From Akkermansia muciniphila (lineage in GTDB: Bacteria; Verrucomicrobiota; Verrucomicrobiia; Limisphaerales; UBA9464): 64,000 nt of DNA. Position numbers and translations under genes: made by a program. Below, one piece after another: positions 37,425-48,762 of the stretch; the first letter of the stretch is position 1; each line of letters begins with the position of its first letter. Where the stretch lies: contig CAMDDW010000003.1 in the NCBI GenBank assembly GCA_945893185.1, forward strand, positions 43,119 to 107,118. Reading direction: 5' to 3'. The notes under the pieces were generated by a model. It saw only the letters and a list, made by a program, of their open reading frames with translations. It was not told where the DNA came from and did no database searches.

Positions 37425-39112
37425 ACGCCCCAACAACAGACTCCGACCAAAACGAGGTCTCCGCTTGGCGGCTCTGGGAGAACCCCGTGCTGCGACGCTA
37501 CATCCGCTCCCGGCTTCGATCCCGCGATTTGGGTCTAGGGCTTTGCATCACGCTGGTGCTGTCCGCGTTCATCGTCGGCATTTCCTACTCACTGGGTATT
37601 CGCAGCGAGTCCGATCCGGTCAGCGCCGCCCGCTCGGCCATCATCCCGCTGCTGGTCCTGCAAGCCTTCATCTTGTTTGTCATGGGCACCGCCCAAGTCT
37701 CCGGCGGCATGATCACCGAACGGGACGAAGGGAGCGTCGACTACCAACGGCTCGTCCCCATGGCCCCACTGACCAAGGTATTGGGATACCTCTTCGGCCT
37801 GCCCTTGCGCGAATACCTCTTGGCCGCCTCCATCCTCCCGTTCACCGCCTGGGCCATGGCTCGGGGACATGTTCCCGCTTCGGCCTGGGCTCCGCTGTAC
37901 TGGATCCTCTTCACTACCGCGGTCACTTACCACGCCACCGGGCTCCTGACCGGCACCGTCGTCCGGAACCGCCGATGGGCCTTCCTCATTTCCATTGGAA
38001 TGGTGTTCTCGCTCTACACCGTCATTCCCCAGTTGGCCAAATTCGGTCTCGTTTTCTTCAAGTACCTCACCGTCACTCCGGTCTCCTATGAGAGCCTGCC
38101 CGAACTCCTTCCCGAGAAGGCCGGCGCAGCGCTGCGCATCGGTCAGAATTTCTTTCCAACGCCCCGGTTCTTCAATCTGGGCCTGCCCGAGGTGGTCTTC
38201 ACCACGCTTTCACAAGCCGGGCTGATCGGCCTGTTCGTGATGATGCTCTGCCGCAAGTGGCGGCAGGAAGAAGCCCATTTGCTCAGCCAATTTTGGGCGG
38301 TGGCCACCTTTATTGCGGTGCAAGTGGTGCTGCTCGGGCATGCGCTGCCGCTCATTGATCCTGGAGATTTATTTCCATCCCGAAACTTTCGTTGGTTCAC
38401 AAGTCAAGCCATTGACTGGAAGCCCGACAACACGGAGGCGCTCGCCATGATCGCGGTGTACGGCCTGTTCACCACCGGCCTTGCCTGTGTGCTGACTGGC
38501 ATCGTCACGCCAGACCGTGAGCGGCAAATCCGTGGTTGGCGGCGCGCCTTCAAGAACGGCGAGGATCGTCTTCCCGCCTTCGGTGACACCGATTCGGCCA
38601 CCCTCTGCACCCTGATCATTTCACTCTGCGGCGGCATCGGCTGGTACCTCTTCACCCATGCCCTGCTCGAATCGCGCTGGTTTCCGGGCCATCACGCAGG
38701 ACTTCACATCCTGATTATCCACTGCCTGATCCTTTTCGCGGTGACCGGATCGCTGCAAGCCCTGTTGGATGCCGAAGGGGGCCGAGCCGTTGGCATAGGC
38801 CTGCTCTTCATTGGCGTACTGCCGCTCATGGCCGGAGCAATTATCGCCAGCATCGACAACGACTACTTGCACGTGGGGATTTGGATCGCAGGCATCTCGC
38901 CGTTCTCGTTGCCCGCATCGGCCCCCGTGGCCCTGTTGTCCCTCGCCGATTCCGAGACGATGGCCGTGCGCCCGATCCAGGGCGCGGCCCGATTCGGATG
39001 GATCGTCTGGCCTCTGATTAGCCTCTGGATGATCCACCGCTCGAGAACCCATCGCCAGAGCCTCAAACAGCGCAGTTTGGAAGATCGGTTATCAACACAT
39101 CCCACGCGCTGA
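37421..39112 (+). CDS. ABC-2-like membrane permease
   Basis: Many TM helices, ITERDEGS motif, overlaps the ATPase stop codon. Confidence 0.75.
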   Translation: MNAPTTDSDQNEVSAWRLWENPVLRRYIRSRLRSRDLGLGLCITLVLSAFIVGISYSLGIRSESDPVSAARSAIIPLLVLQAFILFVMGTAQVSGGMITERDEGSVDYQRLVPMAPLTKVLGYLFGLPLREYLLAASILPFTAWAMARGHVPASAWAPLYWILFTTAVTYHATGLLTGTVVRNRRWAFLISIGMVFSLYTVIPQLAKFGLVFFKYLTVTPVSYESLPELLPEKAGAALRIGQNFFPTPRFFNLGLPEVVFTTLSQAGLIGLFVMMLCRKWRQEEAHLLSQFWAVATFIAVQVVLLGHALPLIDPGDLFPSRNFRWFTSQAIDWKPDNTEALAMIAVYGLFTTGLACVLTGIVTPDRERQIRGWRRAFKNGEDRLPAFGDTDSATLCTLIISLCGGIGWYLFTHALLESRWFPGHHAGLHILIIHCLILFAVTGSLQALLDAEGGRAVGIGLLFIGVLPLMAGAIIASIDNDYLHVGIWIAGISPFSLPASAPVALLSLADSETMAVRPIQGAARFGWIVWPLISLWMIHRSRTHRQSLKQRSLEDRLSTHPTR

Positions 39113-39331
39113 CGGGAGCTGACGGGTGGTTCACCTGTGTTTGCCGCTCCCATCGGATATCGCCTCCGGCCAATCGGAATTGCGAGCGATGGTGAGGCGA
39201 AGCTAGTCTAGCCGGTAGCCCACACTCGGCCTTGGCACTCACTCAACCCACTTTTCAAAAACCCCGAAAAAGAGCCACTGCGGCGAAAAACAAGTTGGAT
39301 GTGAGATTCTGGGAGGAACATCCTCGGTTTC

Positions 39332-42121
39332 ATGTTCTCCCCTTGCCCGACCCTGCAGGCATTCTGGCGCTCCTGCGCTCGGATAGCCGTTTTGGCCGTT
39401 GCGGGGTGGGCACTGGCGGACGACGTCGTTGGCGCTCGGCTGTGGGTTCAACCCACTCGAATGAATTTGCGGGGAACTGGTGACGTGCACGGAGTTCTAG
39501 TCTCGGCACCCACCCACTCTCCCACAGGGCTCACCAACCTCTTTCGAGACGTAACACTGGAGGCCCACTTCAGCAGCACGGATGAGCGAATCCTGACAGT
39601 CACTTCCAACGGCCTGGTTCATGCCGTGGGTGATGGCACGGCCCAGGTTCTGGTCCGTTTTGGAGGACAAACCCACCGTGTCGCCGTGGGGGTGCAAGAC
39701 GCCGCCCACCCAATCTCTCCGTCGTTCCGACAGGAGATTGAACCACTGCTCACCCGCTCGGGCTGCAACATGGGCTCATGCCACGGCAAGCTGGCCGGAC
39801 AGAACGGCTTCAAATTGTCGCTGCGAGGTTACGCCCCAGAACACGACTACGGCTGGGTCGTGAATGATGTCAGTGGACGCCGGATCAACCCCGCCTTCCC
39901 TGAAGAATCTCTGTTCATCACCAAGCCACTAGGCCTGGTTCCGCATGAAGGTAAAGTGCGCTTTGCCGAGGGCTCCCGCTACCACCACACGTTGGCGAAG
40001 TGGATCGCCGCCCGAGCACCGGGACCCTTGCCAGCCGATGAGGAAACCGATGCCAACCAATTAGAAATCCTCGCCGGGATTCCCAACCCATCGGCTCCCA
40101 CACAATCGGATCCGCTGGCCGCAAAACGCTCGGTGTTGAGCCGCAGTCTCGCACCCGGCGAAACCCAGCAATTACTAACACGCGCCCACTGGCCCGATGG
40201 GCGCATCCGGGACGTCACCTGGCTTTCTCAGTTTTTTTCCAACGACCAGAACATCGCCACCGTCACTCCGGAAGGGCGGATTCAGGCGGTCCGTCCCGGC
40301 GAGACCGCCATCCGGATTCATTTCCAGGGACTGGTTGAAATCGTCCGAGTGACCATTCCGTTCACCAACGTGGTCGAGGGATGGAAGTTCACCCGCGCTC
40401 AGAATCCGGTGGATGTTCCCGTCTTCGCCAAGTTGCAGTCGTTGAACCTACCCCCATCGCCCCGGTGCGATGACGCGACCTTCTTACGTCGGGCCATGCT
40501 CGACACGCTCGGAACGCTGCCCACACCGGAGGAAGTTCGAGCATTCCAAGCCGACCGTTCACCCGGAAAGCGGGCGACTCTGACCGACTCCCTCTTCCAG
40601 CGCCCCGAGTTTGCCGATTACTGGACACTCCAACTCGCGGATTTATTTCAAAATCGCAAGGAACGCGATCATGACGTCCGCGGTTCAAAGAATGTCCGCG
40701 CCTTCCACGGATGGCTGCGGGATCAAGTGGCCGCTCGTCGCCCGTGGAATGCACTGGTGCGCGATGTCCTGACAGCCAGCGGCGATTCGGTCCAACACCC
40801 GGAAATTGGCTACTACGTGTATTTGGTCGGTGAAAAGCGTTCCACCGAGAGTGAAGCGCCGGATGCCGTCGCGCAGGCGTTCATGGGCACGCGCATCGGT
40901 TGTGCCCGGTGCCACAACCATCCGTTGGAGAAATACACCCAAGACGATTTCTACCATTTTGCCGCCTTCTTCGATCGCGTGACCCTCGACCGAAAGGGAC
41001 CCGCCGACGGGGCCACCACCTTGCTCACCATGAGTCGCGAGGAACGCGAACGCACCCAGCGTTTGCAGGAGGCAGAAACGAAACTAAAGGAAGCGGAGGC
41101 CAAGCTACTGGCATTGGGCTATGACGGCGGAACAGCCAGCCCCGCGACCGGACCTGAATGGGCGAAGCAACTCGAAGGTGCACAAAACGAATTCCGCGAC
41201 CGGAAACGCGAGTTCACTTCCAAGAAACGCGAACTGGCCGAAAGCCGGAACAAAGTCCCCCACGCCTGGCAACCCCGCACCCTGCGCGACCTCGAGGCGC
41301 GCCCACTCGACCGTAAGCCGATGGAGTTCAGCGCCGACACCGATCCGCGGGCCCAGTTGTCCGATTGGCTCACCGCAACCAACAACTCCTACTTCGCCGG
41401 GGCGATGATTAACCGTCTCTGGAAACACTTTTTGGGAACCGGTCTGGTGGAACCTGTGGACGACCTTCGTGCCAGCAACCCGCCTTCGAATCCGGAACTG
41501 TGGGCCTTGCTCAGCCGAGAGTTTGTCGGAAGCGGCTACGACCTGCAGCACGTGATGAAGCTCATCCTCAATTCGCGAACCTACCAACTCAGCGCACGCA
41601 CCGTGCGCGGCAACGAAACCGACACCCGGTTTTACTCGCACTACTACGCACGCCGCCTGCCTGCGGAGGTCATGGCCGATGCCATTAGCTCAGCCACCGG
41701 CGTTCCCGATCGGTTCGATGGCTTCCCGGTGGGAATGCGTGCCGTGCAAGTGCCCGAACCCACCGTCAGCAGCTACTTCCTCACACTCTTCGGCCGCAGC
41801 GAGCGGGTGACGGCGTGCGCCTGCGAACGCAGCGGCGAGGTGACCTTGCCTCAATTGCTGCACCTCCAAAACGGCGAAGAATTGAACAAGAAGATCCAGC
41901 ACCCGGAAGGTCGCCTCAAAGAGTTGATCTCTTCGGCTAAGACCCCCACCGACGGGCCGCGACTGGTCGAAGAACTCTACCTCATCACCGTCGGACGACG
42001 CCCCAATGCCGTGGAGTTAGAACGGGTGCTGACGCAGTTCAACGAGACCCCTGCGGAGGAAGTGCTGCCCGATTTATTTTGGGCCCTGCTCAACACGAAG
42101 GAGTTCGCCTTCAACCACTAA
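39332..42121 (+). CDS. DUF1549/DUF1553 protein with Ig-like domains
   Basis: CNMGSCHG, FLRRAMLD, CARCHNHP, SNPPSNPEL, TACACER. Confidence 0.9.
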   Translation: MFSPCPTLQAFWRSCARIAVLAVAGWALADDVVGARLWVQPTRMNLRGTGDVHGVLVSAPTHSPTGLTNLFRDVTLEAHFSSTDERILTVTSNGLVHAVGDGTAQVLVRFGGQTHRVAVGVQDAAHPISPSFRQEIEPLLTRSGCNMGSCHGKLAGQNGFKLSLRGYAPEHDYGWVVNDVSGRRINPAFPEESLFITKPLGLVPHEGKVRFAEGSRYHHTLAKWIAARAPGPLPADEETDANQLEILAGIPNPSAPTQSDPLAAKRSVLSRSLAPGETQQLLTRAHWPDGRIRDVTWLSQFFSNDQNIATVTPEGRIQAVRPGETAIRIHFQGLVEIVRVTIPFTNVVEGWKFTRAQNPVDVPVFAKLQSLNLPPSPRCDDATFLRRAMLDTLGTLPTPEEVRAFQADRSPGKRATLTDSLFQRPEFADYWTLQLADLFQNRKERDHDVRGSKNVRAFHGWLRDQVAARRPWNALVRDVLTASGDSVQHPEIGYYVYLVGEKRSTESEAPDAVAQAFMGTRIGCARCHNHPLEKYTQDDFYHFAAFFDRVTLDRKGPADGATTLLTMSREERERTQRLQEAETKLKEAEAKLLALGYDGGTASPATGPEWAKQLEGAQNEFRDRKREFTSKKRELAESRNKVPHAWQPRTLRDLEARPLDRKPMEFSADTDPRAQLSDWLTATNNSYFAGAMINRLWKHFLGTGLVEPVDDLRASNPPSNPELWALLSREFVGSGYDLQHVMKLILNSRTYQLSARTVRGNETDTRFYSHYYARRLPAEVMADAISSATGVPDRFDGFPVGMRAVQVPEPTVSSYFLTLFGRSERVTACACERSGEVTLPQLLHLQNGEELNKKIQHPEGRLKELISSAKTPTDGPRLVEELYLITVGRRPNAVELERVLTQFNETPAEEVLPDLFWALLNTKEFAFNH

Positions 42122-42139
42122 CCGGAACCGAGTCACGCC

Positions 42140-43483
42140 ATGATCGACATCTCCCTCGCCTCACGGCATGCAACCCAATGCAATGGCCTCTCGCGACGCG
42201 GCTTCTTGCGCCTGGGGGCACTGGCTCCACTGGGGCTCTCGCTGCCCAGCGTGCTTTCTTGGGAGAGCGCACTGGCTGCTTCCGCCAATGGGTTGGTGCG
42301 CAAGGCTCCCCGAGCCAAGTCGGTGCTGCTGGTCTACCTCGGAGGTGGCCTTTCGCATCACGATTCATTCGACCTGAAGCCCGGAGCCATTGAAGAAATT
42401 CGCGGCAAGTACACCGAGATCCCCACCAACGTCACCGGCCTCAAGGTGGGCAACCTCCTGCCCAAGATGGCGCAGACGATGGACAAGGTGTGCCTGGTCC
42501 GCTCGGGCGCGCATGACAACGACCACCACGAGACGGCGACCAACTGGGTTCTTTCAGGCAAGTTTGGAACACCGTTCGGGGATCATCCGGCGATGGGCGC
42601 TATTGTTGCGCACGAGACGGGATTCGTCGGAAAAGTGCCGCCCTACATCGCGGTCCCCAAGAACCCCAGTTTCACCTGGGAACTCGGTAAGAGCGCGTGG
42701 CTTGGAGGCCGCTACGAGTCCTTCAAGGCCGGGAATCCCAACGACAAATCTTGGAAGGTCCGCGATCTAGCCTGCCCGGCCCAGCTGACACCCAAAATAT
42801 TGGAACGCCGGCGTACCCTGCTTCAGGCGGTGGACACCCTCTCAGCACATATCCGCGGCAACGACCAGATGGCCACCTACGATGAGTTCGCTCAGAAGGC
42901 AACCGACATGATCTTGTCGCCCGACGCCCAGAACGCCTTCGCCCTCGAGAAGGAATCCGAGGCATTGCGCGACACCTATGGTCGGACCGAGTTTGGACAA
43001 AGCTGCCTGCTGGCCCGCCGTCTGGTGGAAAGCGGGGTGCGCTTTGTCACCGTGAACTACGGAGGCTGGGATCATCATGCGAAGATTTTTGAGAGCCTCG
43101 ACAAGAAGCTGCCCGATTTCGACCGGGGCTTGAGTGCGCTGATCAACGACTTGCATCAGCGCGGGACGCTGAAGGAAACGCTCGTCGTGGTGATGGGCGA
43201 ATTCGGTCGCACTCCCAAGATTAATAAAGACGCAGGACGCGATCATTGGGGACAGGCTGCCTCCATGCTCTTCGCCGGTGCCGGAGTGCAAGGCGGCCAC
43301 GTCCTCGGTGCAACCGACAAGAACGGCGCCTTCGTTACCGATCGCCCCGTGCGACCTGCCGATGTGTGCTGGACGGTTTACGATGCACTGGGCATCGATC
43401 CGGATAAGACCATCATCACGCCGGAAGGGCGACCTACCCTGATTCTCGACGAAGGCAGCGTCGTCAAGGAACTCTATGGTTGA
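42140..43483 (+). CDS. DUF1501 protein
   Basis: SRRGFL, GGLSHHDSFDLKP, GEFGRTPKIN, GRDHW. Confidence 0.92.
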   Translation: MIDISLASRHATQCNGLSRRGFLRLGALAPLGLSLPSVLSWESALAASANGLVRKAPRAKSVLLVYLGGGLSHHDSFDLKPGAIEEIRGKYTEIPTNVTGLKVGNLLPKMAQTMDKVCLVRSGAHDNDHHETATNWVLSGKFGTPFGDHPAMGAIVAHETGFVGKVPPYIAVPKNPSFTWELGKSAWLGGRYESFKAGNPNDKSWKVRDLACPAQLTPKILERRRTLLQAVDTLSAHIRGNDQMATYDEFAQKATDMILSPDAQNAFALEKESEALRDTYGRTEFGQSCLLARRLVESGVRFVTVNYGGWDHHAKIFESLDKKLPDFDRGLSALINDLHQRGTLKETLVVVMGEFGRTPKINKDAGRDHWGQAASMLFAGAGVQGGHVLGATDKNGAFVTDRPVRPADVCWTVYDALGIDPDKTIITPEGRPTLILDEGSVVKELYG

Positions 43484-44306
43484 GCCAGAGAACACCGCTG
43501 ACTTTTCACGTCTCTGGAGCACCGGGAAGACTCTTTTGTGCCTCTGTGCCGCGGCTCTTTTGTCTGTTCAAGGCCTGGCTGAGGGTCCGAAACCGGAAGC
43601 AAAAAAACCGACCCCTCCGGCCATCGCCATGGTGCTACCGCTCGGAGTGGAAACGGGCTCCAGGCAGAAGCTGACCTTGCGCGGCTTGAACGTGACCAAT
43701 GCCACGGCCGTCCGACTGACAGGCCTGACTCCGGCCCTGACCGCCGAAATCAAAGACCGTGGAGCGGCCCCAAAAATTGACGGCTTCGACGCCCAACGCG
43801 TCGGAGACCAGCGCTTGGAAATCGAACTGTCGCTGCCAGCGAACACTCCGAGCGGCACGAACATCGCGATGGTGGTGGTTTCGCCCGACGGTGACTCCAA
43901 ACCCTTCCCGCTGCTCGTTGCGACAGCGGGCCAACTCATCGGCGAGCAAGAGCCGAACAATGGGTTTCGCGAAGCGGGGGCCTTAAATTACGGAAAGACG
44001 GTGCGCGGTGCGCTGGAGACCTTGACTGACGTCGACGTGTTCGGCTGCGAACTGAAAGCGGGTCACACTCTCCGTGCCGAAGTGATGGCCGACCGACTCG
44101 GTGCCACGCTCGACGCCACCCTTTCTCTTTACGACGCCAAAGGGCGACTCCTGACCAGCAACGACGACGCCAAGGGCTTCGGGCGGGATTCGCTTCTCGA
44201 ATTCAAAGTCCCTTCGGCAGGACGCTATTTGCTTGCTGTGAGTGGCGTGACCGAGAAGGCCGGAGCGGCCGCCGTTTATTTGCTGACCGTGACCACAGCC
44301 CCCTGA
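43476..44306 (+). CDS. Pre-peptidase C-terminal (PPC) domain protein
   Basis: EQEPNN, DVDVF, LDATLSLYD, SNDD. Confidence 0.75.
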   Translation: MVEPENTADFSRLWSTGKTLLCLCAAALLSVQGLAEGPKPEAKKPTPPAIAMVLPLGVETGSRQKLTLRGLNVTNATAVRLTGLTPALTAEIKDRGAAPKIDGFDAQRVGDQRLEIELSLPANTPSGTNIAMVVVSPDGDSKPFPLLVATAGQLIGEQEPNNGFREAGALNYGKTVRGALETLTDVDVFGCELKAGHTLRAEVMADRLGATLDATLSLYDAKGRLLTSNDDAKGFGRDSLLEFKVPSAGRYLLAVSGVTEKAGAAAVYLLTVTTAP

Positions 44307-44384
44307 TTCCGCCCCAATCTCGACTTTCCATCCCAGCGATCCATCCGCTCAGGCCACCGCACGGCTCACTTCAATCCTTCCAAG

Positions 44385-44834
44385 ATGACACCCTGGAGCC
44401 TCCTGCGCCGGACGGCACTCTTCCAACGGGAGACCGAGCTCACGGACACTGGTCAAATCATCGGCTGGTGGGAGGTGCGACGTGTTCCTTACAACCTCCT
44501 TGTGGGCATCGCTGGAGTCGTCTCCATAGCGGCCTGCTTTTTGGCTGTGGGCGTTGGCGGAGCCTTCTTGAAGGAGCCCCTCCAGCGGCCCGATCCACCG
44601 CTCTTCGGCTTCGTCCTCGTGTACGCCGTCATCGCCAACGTCTTTTACTCCGGCGGCTGGCTTGCCGAACTGATTTGGCTTCGACTGTGGCGCATCCGTC
44701 AGCCCCGCTTGGCCGTACTCTCATTGGGTCTCGGACTTCTGTTTTCCATTTTGCTGACCTTGCTTCCCGCCGTCGCAGCCGTTTCGTGGGTCGCCTACAC
44801 TCTACTCACGCGACAGCCATCTCCTACGCCCTAA
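44385..44834 (+). CDS. Hypothetical membrane protein
   Basis: WWEVRRVPYNL; three TM helices. Confidence 0.7.
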   Translation: MTPWSLLRRTALFQRETELTDTGQIIGWWEVRRVPYNLLVGIAGVVSIAACFLAVGVGGAFLKEPLQRPDPPLFGFVLVYAVIANVFYSGGWLAELIWLRLWRIRQPRLAVLSLGLGLLFSILLTLLPAVAAVSWVAYTLLTRQPSPTP

Positions 44835-44960
44835 GGCTCAACCCGTTTTACGAACCCGTTTTCAGCGAAACCCACGACGTCCACTGCCACCCGGTAGCGA
44901 CGCCAGAAGAGGCCTCCGCAGGTTGGTCATTGGCGTAAACCCACAACCACGATTAAGCTG

Positions 44961-47183
44961 ATGGGCATCAATTATTCCGGTCCAGTTCAAGTCTCAGGCG
45001 CAGGGCCTCGACCCCGACTCGGGGTGCTGTTGGCGTTGATATTCTGCCTCGGACAGCAACTGTGCTGCGCGGCGGAGGTTACCGCTGCCAAGGGCTTGTC
45101 GTGGTGGTCGCTCCAGCCTGTTCAGCGACCGACCGTACCCGGGGGAGACCTCGGGAAAGACAACCCGATCGACCGCTTCCTGTCCGTCTCCCGCGGCGTC
45201 CAACCAAAGCCCCCTGCGGACCGCCTCACCCTCCTCCGGCGAGTGCACCTGGACCTGACGGGCCTCTCCCCAACACCCGAAGAGCAGGAGGCGTTCCTCG
45301 CCGACCTCTCGCCCGATGCCTACCAGAAGGTCGTCGATCGTCTGCTGGTCGATGAGCAGCACGCCGTTCGCTACGCCCGGCACTGGCTGGACGTGCTGCG
45401 GTATGCCGACGCCGACGAGCGCATGACGGCCGCGCCGGGCATCCACCTGTGGCGGGACTGGGTCATCCAGGCCCTGCACGAAGACCTGCCCTACGACCAG
45501 TTCGTGCATGTCCAGCTCACCGGCCGACGCTCCAACGAGCGCACCCAAATGTCGGCGACGGGCCACCGGTCCCAACGCGAGCCCCGCCCGGGCGATGTGT
45601 TTGCCCTCGGGTTTCTGTCGCGAGGGGCTGGGTCTGATCCACAAGAACTGGCCATGAACGCGGTGGACACCATTTCTAGCACGTTCCTGGGCATGACCGT
45701 CGCCTGCGCCAAGTGCCACGACCACATGTTCGACCCGGTGTCGCAGGCCAACTATTACTCCATGAAGGCGCTCTTCGACCCGCTGGTCCTTCGCAAGATG
45801 ACGCTGGCATCGGCGGCCGACCTCATGGCCGCAGGCAAGGCGCAGGCCGAACTCGAGCGTCAGCGGGCCCCGCTCGAACGCGAACGGGACACGTTGCTAG
45901 AGCCCGTTCGTAGCAAACTTTACGACGACCGCGTCGCCATGCTCCCGCCAGAAATTCAGACGGTGATCCGCAAGCCGGAACGCACTCGCAGTATCGAAGA
46001 ACAAAAGATCGCCGACGATTACTTCCCCATCCTCCGAATTGATGGCGACAAGATCGACGAGGTAATCACCGAAGACCTCCGCAAGAAAGACCGCGAATTG
46101 CGACGCCGGATCGACGACCTGACGCAGGCAATTCGGCGCACGAATGCCCCGGTCCTTCCCGTCTTCCACACCGTTGAAGCCGACCCAGATCGGGCCCGTG
46201 AACAGCGCTACATATTGACCAGCGCCGATCCGAGCCGGTCCGAAACAAATCGGCCGGTCAACCCGGGATGGCCTTTCGTGCGCGGCGCCATCGACTTCCG
46301 AGAAGGGCGCGTCGAAGCGTTCGCCGACTGGCTCACCTCGCCCGACAATCCCTTGTTCGCCCGAGTGGCGGTGAACCGACTCTGGCAATGGCACTTCGGC
46401 GAAGGACTCCATCGCCAACCCAGCGATTTCGGCCATCAAACCGGCAAGCCCACACAACCGGAGCTCCTCGACTGGCTGGCCTCGGAGTTCGTCCGCAGCG
46501 GGTTTAGCCTCCGTCGCATCCATCGCCTCATCGTCACGTCGGCCACCTATCAACGGGCGTCGGAGTCTGAAGGGGCGCTGAAGCCGGGATCCACCGAAGC
46601 CGCCAACCACCAGCGCGACCCGGACAACCGCCAACTCTGGCGACATCCGGTGCGTCGCCTCGAAGCCGAGGCCGTCTGGGACAGCGTGCACCGGGCTGCA
46701 GGCCTACTCGACGTGCAAGTCGGCGGACCGTCCTTCGAACCGGGTGAACGCAGTGGCGCCAGCAAAAGCACCCCCTCCGCTGCGACTGCGACCGCGACAA
46801 AACGCCGTCGAGGCGCATACATGACTCGCGGCTTCTCCACGAGCCGCGAGGCTACGCCGGACTTCCTGAGGACCTTTGATGCCGAAGATGGCCGAGACCC
46901 CTGCCCCATGCGCACGCGAACCGTCACGGCCCCACAGGCGTTGTTTCTGATGAACAGCCCGGAAGTCGAACGCGCGGCCGATGCGCTGGCGGGGCGGTTG
47001 CGGTCCGAAGCGGGCACTGACCTCCCGCGGGCGGTCGATCTGGCCTATCGACTGGTTCTTTCGCGCCCGCCGGAAGCGAAGGAACGGGAGCGGTCGTTGA
47101 CCTACCTCGAGAACGATCCCCAGCGACTATCCCGCTTCGCCTGGCTGCTCTTCAACCTCGACGAATTCATCCATGTCCCCTGA
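44961..47183 (+). CDS. DUF1549/DUF1553 protein
   Basis: NPIDRF, RHWLDVLRYAD, CAKCHDH, NPLFARVAVNRLWQWHFG. Confidence 0.9.
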   Translation: MGINYSGPVQVSGAGPRPRLGVLLALIFCLGQQLCCAAEVTAAKGLSWWSLQPVQRPTVPGGDLGKDNPIDRFLSVSRGVQPKPPADRLTLLRRVHLDLTGLSPTPEEQEAFLADLSPDAYQKVVDRLLVDEQHAVRYARHWLDVLRYADADERMTAAPGIHLWRDWVIQALHEDLPYDQFVHVQLTGRRSNERTQMSATGHRSQREPRPGDVFALGFLSRGAGSDPQELAMNAVDTISSTFLGMTVACAKCHDHMFDPVSQANYYSMKALFDPLVLRKMTLASAADLMAAGKAQAELERQRAPLERERDTLLEPVRSKLYDDRVAMLPPEIQTVIRKPERTRSIEEQKIADDYFPILRIDGDKIDEVITEDLRKKDRELRRRIDDLTQAIRRTNAPVLPVFHTVEADPDRAREQRYILTSADPSRSETNRPVNPGWPFVRGAIDFREGRVEAFADWLTSPDNPLFARVAVNRLWQWHFGEGLHRQPSDFGHQTGKPTQPELLDWLASEFVRSGFSLRRIHRLIVTSATYQRASESEGALKPGSTEAANHQRDPDNRQLWRHPVRRLEAEAVWDSVHRAAGLLDVQVGGPSFEPGERSGASKSTPSAATATATKRRRGAYMTRGFSTSREATPDFLRTFDAEDGRDPCPMRTRTVTAPQALFLMNSPEVERAADALAGRLRSEAGTDLPRAVDLAYRLVLSRPPEAKERERSLTYLENDPQRLSRFAWLLFNLDEFIHVP

Positions 47184-48576
47184 CTCGCCGACACAGGTTC
47201 CGCACGACGCCTCGGCCCTCGACCGGCGGCAGTTTTTGTTCCGAGCCGGGGGCGGATTTCTCGGCGTCGCACTCGGAGGCCTGTGGGCCGAGGCCGGCGA
47301 AATCCCCAATGCCATTGTTGGGCCTCACCTCCGACCCAAGGCGCGATCCGTCATCTTCCTGTTCATGGCCGGCGGAGTCAGCCACATCGACACCTTCGAC
47401 CCGAAGGGCAATGCACAGGCCGGCAAGCTAATCGATGCCGTAGGATTCGGAGACAACCTGGCCGCCATGAAGCGCCCGGTGATTCCTTGTCACCGCACCT
47501 TCACCCGACATGGCAAATCCGGCACTCCCGTGTCGGACTGGTTTCCACACGTCGGCGGAGTCATCGACGAGATCGCCGTGGTGCGATCGATGTGGTGCCA
47601 CGAGGGCAACCACTTCCCGGCGGTCATCGAAACGTGCACCGGCCATCGAGGTCGCCAGTTTGATCACCCCTCCTTCGGTGCCTGGGTCTCCTACGCGTTA
47701 GGCTCGGAGAACCGCAACTTGCCGACCTTCGTCAACATCGGCCGCCCCTCCTCACCAGTGCAACTCACCGGCGGATACCTCGGTGCCGGCGTCTCGGCCA
47801 CCCCATTCCAAGCGGGCCCCACACCGGTGCCCAACTTGCATCCGCCCGAAGGACTCAGCGCCCGCGAACGCGACCGGCAAATGGAACTGCTGGAGTCCAT
47901 GAATGGCGAATTTCGGGCACGACACACGCTGCAATCGGGCATCCAGGCCCGCACCCGGGCCTACGAACTGGCCGCCCGCATGCAAATGTCGGCACCCGAA
48001 GCGGTAGACTTCGCATCGGAGCCCGCCCACATCCGCTCGCTGTACGGCCTCGACGATCGGCACACCGAAGAGTTCGGAAAGCAGTTGCTGCTCGCGCGCC
48101 GGCTCTCGGAACGCGGCGTCCGCTTCATCCAAGTTTGCCATGCCGGTGGGGGCAACGGCGGCTGGGACTCCCACGGCGACATGAAGACCCATGAACCCCT
48201 CTGCCGCGCCACCGACCGGCCCATCGCGGGACTCCTCCGAGACCTCAAACAGCGCGGGATGCTCGACGACACCCTGGTGGTTTGGACCAGCGAATTTGGG
48301 CGCACGCCGTGGTCGCAAAACACCACCGGCCGAGACCACAACCCCAAGGGCTACACCTCATGGCTCGCCGGCGGCGGCGTACAAGGCGGCCTCGTGCATG
48401 GCGCTACCGACGACGTCGGCTACCGCGCGGTCGAGAACCCCCACTACTACAGCGACCTCAACGCCACCATCTTGCACCTCCTCGGCCTCGACCACACCCG
48501 CATGGAACTCCCCGCCCTCGGCCCCGTCTCACGCCTGGTCGAGCGCGGCGGCCCGATCCGCGAAATTCTGGCCTGA
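47173..48576 (+). CDS. DUF1501 protein
   Basis: RRQFL, GGVSHIDTFDPK, EFGRTP, GRDHN. Confidence 0.92.
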   Translation: MSPDSPTQVPHDASALDRRQFLFRAGGGFLGVALGGLWAEAGEIPNAIVGPHLRPKARSVIFLFMAGGVSHIDTFDPKGNAQAGKLIDAVGFGDNLAAMKRPVIPCHRTFTRHGKSGTPVSDWFPHVGGVIDEIAVVRSMWCHEGNHFPAVIETCTGHRGRQFDHPSFGAWVSYALGSENRNLPTFVNIGRPSSPVQLTGGYLGAGVSATPFQAGPTPVPNLHPPEGLSARERDRQMELLESMNGEFRARHTLQSGIQARTRAYELAARMQMSAPEAVDFASEPAHIRSLYGLDDRHTEEFGKQLLLARRLSERGVRFIQVCHAGGGNGGWDSHGDMKTHEPLCRATDRPIAGLLRDLKQRGMLDDTLVVWTSEFGRTPWSQNTTGRDHNPKGYTSWLAGGGVQGGLVHGATDDVGYRAVENPHYYSDLNATILHLLGLDHTRMELPALGPVSRLVERGGPIREILA

Positions 48577-48762
48577 ACGGGCGAGATCCTCGTGGGATCT
48601 CCACCGCATGAACCGCATGGGGCATTCGCGCCCCTCAGCCCCCCCAATCGCCCCTCATCCAATCGAACAGCGTCGGGGAAGGCCGGCACTGAAACCACCG
48701 CTTTTAGGCATTGATTATCAAATACGCTCGCGCGTCTGTGAGCTCCGAGTAGCGTCCCAGTC

